Shown here in pieces: positions 60,919 through 64,000 of a DNA stretch of 64,000 nt. This DNA comes from Desulfatiglandales bacterium (GTDB lineage Bacteria > Desulfobacterota > DSM-4660 > Desulfatiglandales > Desulfatiglandaceae). Numbering within the stretch: the first letter of the stretch is position 1; every line of letters starts with the position of its first letter. The notes under the pieces are model-generated. The model was not told the DNA's origin. It saw only the letters and a list, made by a program, of their open reading frames with translations, and made no database searches. Made by a program: the position numbers and the translations under genes. The stretch covers positions 64,001 to 128,000 of the forward strand of contig OY759599.1 of the NCBI GenBank assembly GCA_963662465.1. Direction: 5' to 3'.

Positions 60919-61030
60919 TTCAAAACCTCCTCTTTTCAGTCAACGTCTCTCTCTTTTTGCTCCAACCACAACGGCAGTAATATCTGTCGCCGATGAGGAA
61001 TACGACATTTTTGGGCTCGGGCATTTCAAA

Positions 61031-61222
61031 TTAGGGTTCATGACAAATCCTCACATCGATCAGTTCATATATGTCCTGCCATTTTGCTTCGCACTCGGTA
61101 CAGTCCATCTTTTGAAAGGCCTTTCCGGTTTCTATCTCGATAAAGCCTCCTTGAATCGATGGAGATCCGCAAAGGGGACAGGAAACCCCTTTTCGTTTGA
61201 TGTGTTTTTTTTTGTCTAACAT
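61031..61222 (-). CDS. Zinc-ribbon protein
   Basis: CPLC..CTEC; GGAGG RBS. Confidence 0.65.
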   Translation of the reverse strand: MLDKKKHIKRKGVSCPLCGSPSIQGGFIEIETGKAFQKMDCTECEAKWQDIYELIDVRICHEP

Positions 61223-61277
61223 GGCCGGTCCTCCCCCATACTTATCTGTTGCTCAGGATTAGCGATACTTTCGGGAG

Positions 61278-61469
61278 TTATGCCCCGAGTTGGCTCTGAA
61301 TTATATACTGGTCGATCATGTCACCGCAGAAAGGGCAAAACCTATAACCGAATTCGTTCCAGTCATCGTTCTCTTTGAGAAGATCAACCTTATAGGTGTT
61401 CCCGCAGACGGAACATATTTCAGGATCGTCATAAGAATCGAACAGTCTGTTTAATTTTGAATTCCCCAT
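61278..61469 (-). CDS. Zinc-ribbon protein
   Basis: CSVC..CPFC; AGGAGA upstream. Confidence 0.65.
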   Translation of the reverse strand: MGNSKLNRLFDSYDDPEICSVCGNTYKVDLLKENDDWNEFGYRFCPFCGDMIDQYIIQSQLGA

Positions 61470-61498
61470 GTATTCATCTCTCCTTTCAGATTCTCAGA

Positions 61499-61663
61499 TT
61501 AAATCTCCGTAAACATATCGCAGGACATACATCGGATGTATCCAATACTATTGTTTTTAGTGGATTCATTCTTCCCCACGAACACATAAACCTTGCCGCA
61601 GCACGGACAGATTTTCGCGTCATCTTGCAGATCTATTCCGGATCTCCATTCCATATCTTCCAT
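61499..61663 (-). CDS. Zinc-ribbon protein
   Basis: CPCC..CMSC. Confidence 0.5.
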   Translation of the reverse strand: MEDMEWRSGIDLQDDAKICPCCGKVYVFVGKNESTKNNSIGYIRCMSCDMFTEI

Positions 61664-61737
61664 CTGTTTCAACCCCCTTTCAAAAACGAAAAATGCCGAC
61701 ATAAGCCGACTCCTTGTAGAATGCCGTTCCCGAATCT

Positions 61738-62110
61738 TCACAGGCATCGGGACCATCCGCAGTAAAGACAGATGGGACAGCCACCCCCGCGGTAAAGCTG
61801 TTCATTACAATCGGGACATCTGTTTCCGCTGCTTCGATTCGGCAGGGATATGGAAGGTGCAATTTCTTTCTTTGAGCGCCTGAAGTCCCTTTTCGATAAT
61901 GTTTCTTCCCTTTGTGAATTCATGAATTAATCGCCTCCTTTCTTTGAGATTCCGGGTTTTGTGGATACGGGCCTCGACCATATGAAGCCTCAGCATGGAC
62001 AATACCATGGTGGCGCCATATTCCTTTGTTGGCTCGATCACACTGAAAAGATTTGCCAACTTTTCTCTAAGGGTTTCCAGTTCGTTATGGATGTTCCGGG
62101 ACTTTTCCAT
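61738..62110 (-). CDS. Hypothetical protein (61805..62110) overlapping a zinc-ribbon frame; possibly one frameshifted gene
   Basis: AGGAGG RBS; overlapping frame ends CPDC..GGCPICLYCGWSRC. Confidence 0.5.
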
Positions 62111-62377
62111 TGATTTCCTCCTTTCATCATGAGTCTCTTTAAATGGTTGTTTGTTAAGCTAAATGGCCAAGAAAACGGGGTTAGAGGTTCACCTAAACAA
62201 AGAACGCCTCCCGACGGAGGCAGTCATACAGATGGCTCCAATGTCACTATTCGTTATTTGCCAGGATGAAAAAACCAGTTGTTCCTTTTGCTGTGCGGTC
62301 GTTATTTACAACGCGGTTCTTTTTCGGGTGTGATCGTAAGGGGAAAGCGGCACGCCGCAATTTGGCGCGGTAAGCCG

Positions 62378-62418
62378 CAGTTTTGGGTTTTGGGTTTTGG
62401 GTTTTAAGTTTTGAGTTG
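62378..62418 (+). repeat. TTTTGGG heptamer tract overlapping the ATPase stop codon
   Basis: GCAG TTTTGGG x3 TTTTAAG TTTTGAG. Confidence 0.85.
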
Positions 62419-64000
62419 TTTTGGAAGGGATTTGGGGAGGTCCCGGACAAGGGTTACTTGAATGGAATCCTTATCAGGGAGGTGTGAATTTGAAAGGAGG
62501 ACCTTTGATTTTTGAAGGGCGATGGTATTGGTGGCAATGATGAATTTCTGATCGGCACGGAACTTGATAAGCTTTTCTATGTTCTTGGTTGTTTGATCCT
62601 GGTTGTTCTTTCCGGTCTCAAATTCCATGGCAATGACCCGGGCATCTTTTTCAAGGACAAGATCGATGTCATGTTTTTCTTTGTAGGTAAACCAGCCGTT
62701 TTGAAGGAAGTCTTGCCTTATCTGTTCCACGAAGTATCGGTGCTCCAGGCCTTGATTGCCTTCGCGCTCCACCTTGAGACCGATCTTAAAAAGGATCTCA
62801 GCCCCATTTTTTGTCACCTCAAAGAGCTTTTTACGGTTCACTATCACCGGACTGATGACACCGTTGTCAATTAAAGTCTTCTGGATATGGCTCGCATCTC
62901 TGGGGATCAGCCCCAGTTTCTTGGCCCGTTTGTCCGCCCCTTCAAAGGGTTGATTGAGCAGATCTTCGAGGAAAATGCGCTCCAGGGGGGAGGGGATAAA
63001 CCTATGTGTAGGAAACCGGAGCGGTTCTATTTCAGTCAATTGAAGGTTATTCGGGCTGTAATCCTTGTAAAAGTCTTTCATATGTTCCTGAATCTCTTTA
63101 TCAGAGATATTTTCCGGTTTCCGGATAAACGGAACATCAATGAGAAAAGGATATTGGTATCTTCCCATGAGCCTGCAGATGGCCTGGCCGGTTTTGAGCA
63201 TCCCGACGAATTTGCGTTCATCAAAGGTTATGTTCATGGCAGCGGCCACCGCACCCACATTCTTTTGATGATTTAACGAAAAGGTGATTTTTGTGTAGAG
63301 GTTTTCAAAGACCGGGTTCGGAATAAGGGAAGGGGTCTGGTCGATGATCAACAGACCGGTCCCGTATTTCCGGATCTGACGAAATATTTTCTGGACCAGG
63401 TCATCTTTTTCACTGTTGTCAACGATGTTATGGAATTCCTCAAATACCAACAGATGCTTGAGATGCTCGTCTTCCGCACCCTGGCGTTCCTTGTAAAGCC
63501 AGTACCAGAGGGTGAACATCTCGATGAAAAAGACCTTGTCATTGCTGTTTGACAGCGCCCCCAATTCAAATATGACAAAATTTTCCTGAAGCTTTTCGAT
63601 GGGATAAAAATCATGAACATTATATATTTTTCCCGTGCCGCCGTAGCTTAGAAACTCCAGCATTCGGAGCGAACTCTGTTTCCAGAGCATCTCCCTTCCG
63701 CGCATTTTGTTCCCGGTCATTTCCCCGGCCAGGATTTTTCTCGCATCTTCCGTTGTGGGCTCATTGTGTTCCTGGTAGGCCTTGTCAAACACTTTCAAGA
63801 GTACACTGTCAGATCCCACACCGCCTAAGTATGCTCGGTTAAAGACCTCGATGACGTTCTTGACATAATCCTTGTAGGTCAGTCCTTCAGGCATTTTCAG
63901 GTAGTTGAAAAAGAAGGGGGATATATCTGAACCGATGGTGAAAACCTTGACCTCCGGCGATTCTTTGACCAGGTCCCGGTAGTTTCTTTCCCAGTCAAAA
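62404..64000 (-). CDS. HerA/FtsK/VirB4-like ATPase with C-terminal wHTH and nuclease-like region, 5' partial
   Basis: LLVFEEFH Walker B, IRKYG, IIDQ; frame is open to the window edge. Confidence 0.8.
   Translation of the reverse strand, partial: FDWERNYRDLVKESPEVKVFTIGSDISPFFFNYLKMPEGLTYKDYVKNVIEVFNRAYLGGVGSDSVLLKVFDKAYQEHNEPTTEDARKILAGEMTGNKMRGREMLWKQSSLRMLEFLSYGGTGKIYNVHDFYPIEKLQENFVIFELGALSNSNDKVFFIEMFTLWYWLYKERQGAEDEHLKHLLVFEEFHNIVDNSEKDDLVQKIFRQIRKYGTGLLIIDQTPSLIPNPVFENLYTKITFSLNHQKNVGAVAAAMNITFDERKFVGMLKTGQAICRLMGRYQYPFLIDVPFIRKPENISDKEIQEHMKDFYKDYSPNNLQLTEIEPLRFPTHRFIPSPLERIFLEDLLNQPFEGADKRAKKLGLIPRDASHIQKTLIDNGVISPVIVNRKKLFEVTKNGAEILFKIGLKVEREGNQGLEHRYFVEQIRQDFLQNGWFTYKEKHDIDLVLEKDARVIAMEFETGKNNQDQTTKNIEKLIKFRADQKFIIATNTIALQKSKVLLSNSHLPDKDSIQVTLVRDLPKSLPKQLKT

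Noticed and set aside
1..64000. tRNA, rRNA or att site of the ICE-like block
   Set aside because: None recognised; the left edge near 53130 looks like a truncation inside a methyltransferase gene rather than an att junction.

Overview
Bacterial genomic window; gene content suggests a sulfate-reducing Desulfobacterota (inference). It has three parts. (1) 1-22 kb is a + strand surface-polysaccharide operon (flippase, glycosyltransferases, Wzy/EpsG-like polymerase, fnlABC, WecG/TagA, acyltransferase) scarred by IS elements, MITEs and gene fragments. (2) 22-53 kb holds the rest of that operon (wecB, sugar transferase, VanZ, GH-like protein, O-antigen ligase-like), pushed apart by a 2.7-kb satellite (26 copies of a 105-bp unit rich in TTTTG(G/A)G heptamers), an IS3, an Rpn gene and about 13 intact or decaying type II toxin-antitoxin modules. 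These are separated by 7-, 8- and 9-bp tandem repeats and hairpins, which also flank four-helix-bundle and GxxExxY genes and sit in frame inside several proteins. (3) 53-64 kb is a - strand ICE/plasmid-like block (RadC, ArdC-like, DUF3150/DUF2997/DUF1257/Ycf46-like AAA module, zinc-ribbon ORFs, HerA/VirB4-like ATPase). The best candidate for an undescribed system is an integron-like, short-repeat-delimited cassette array with no integrase in the window. All family names come from motif recognition, not database searches.
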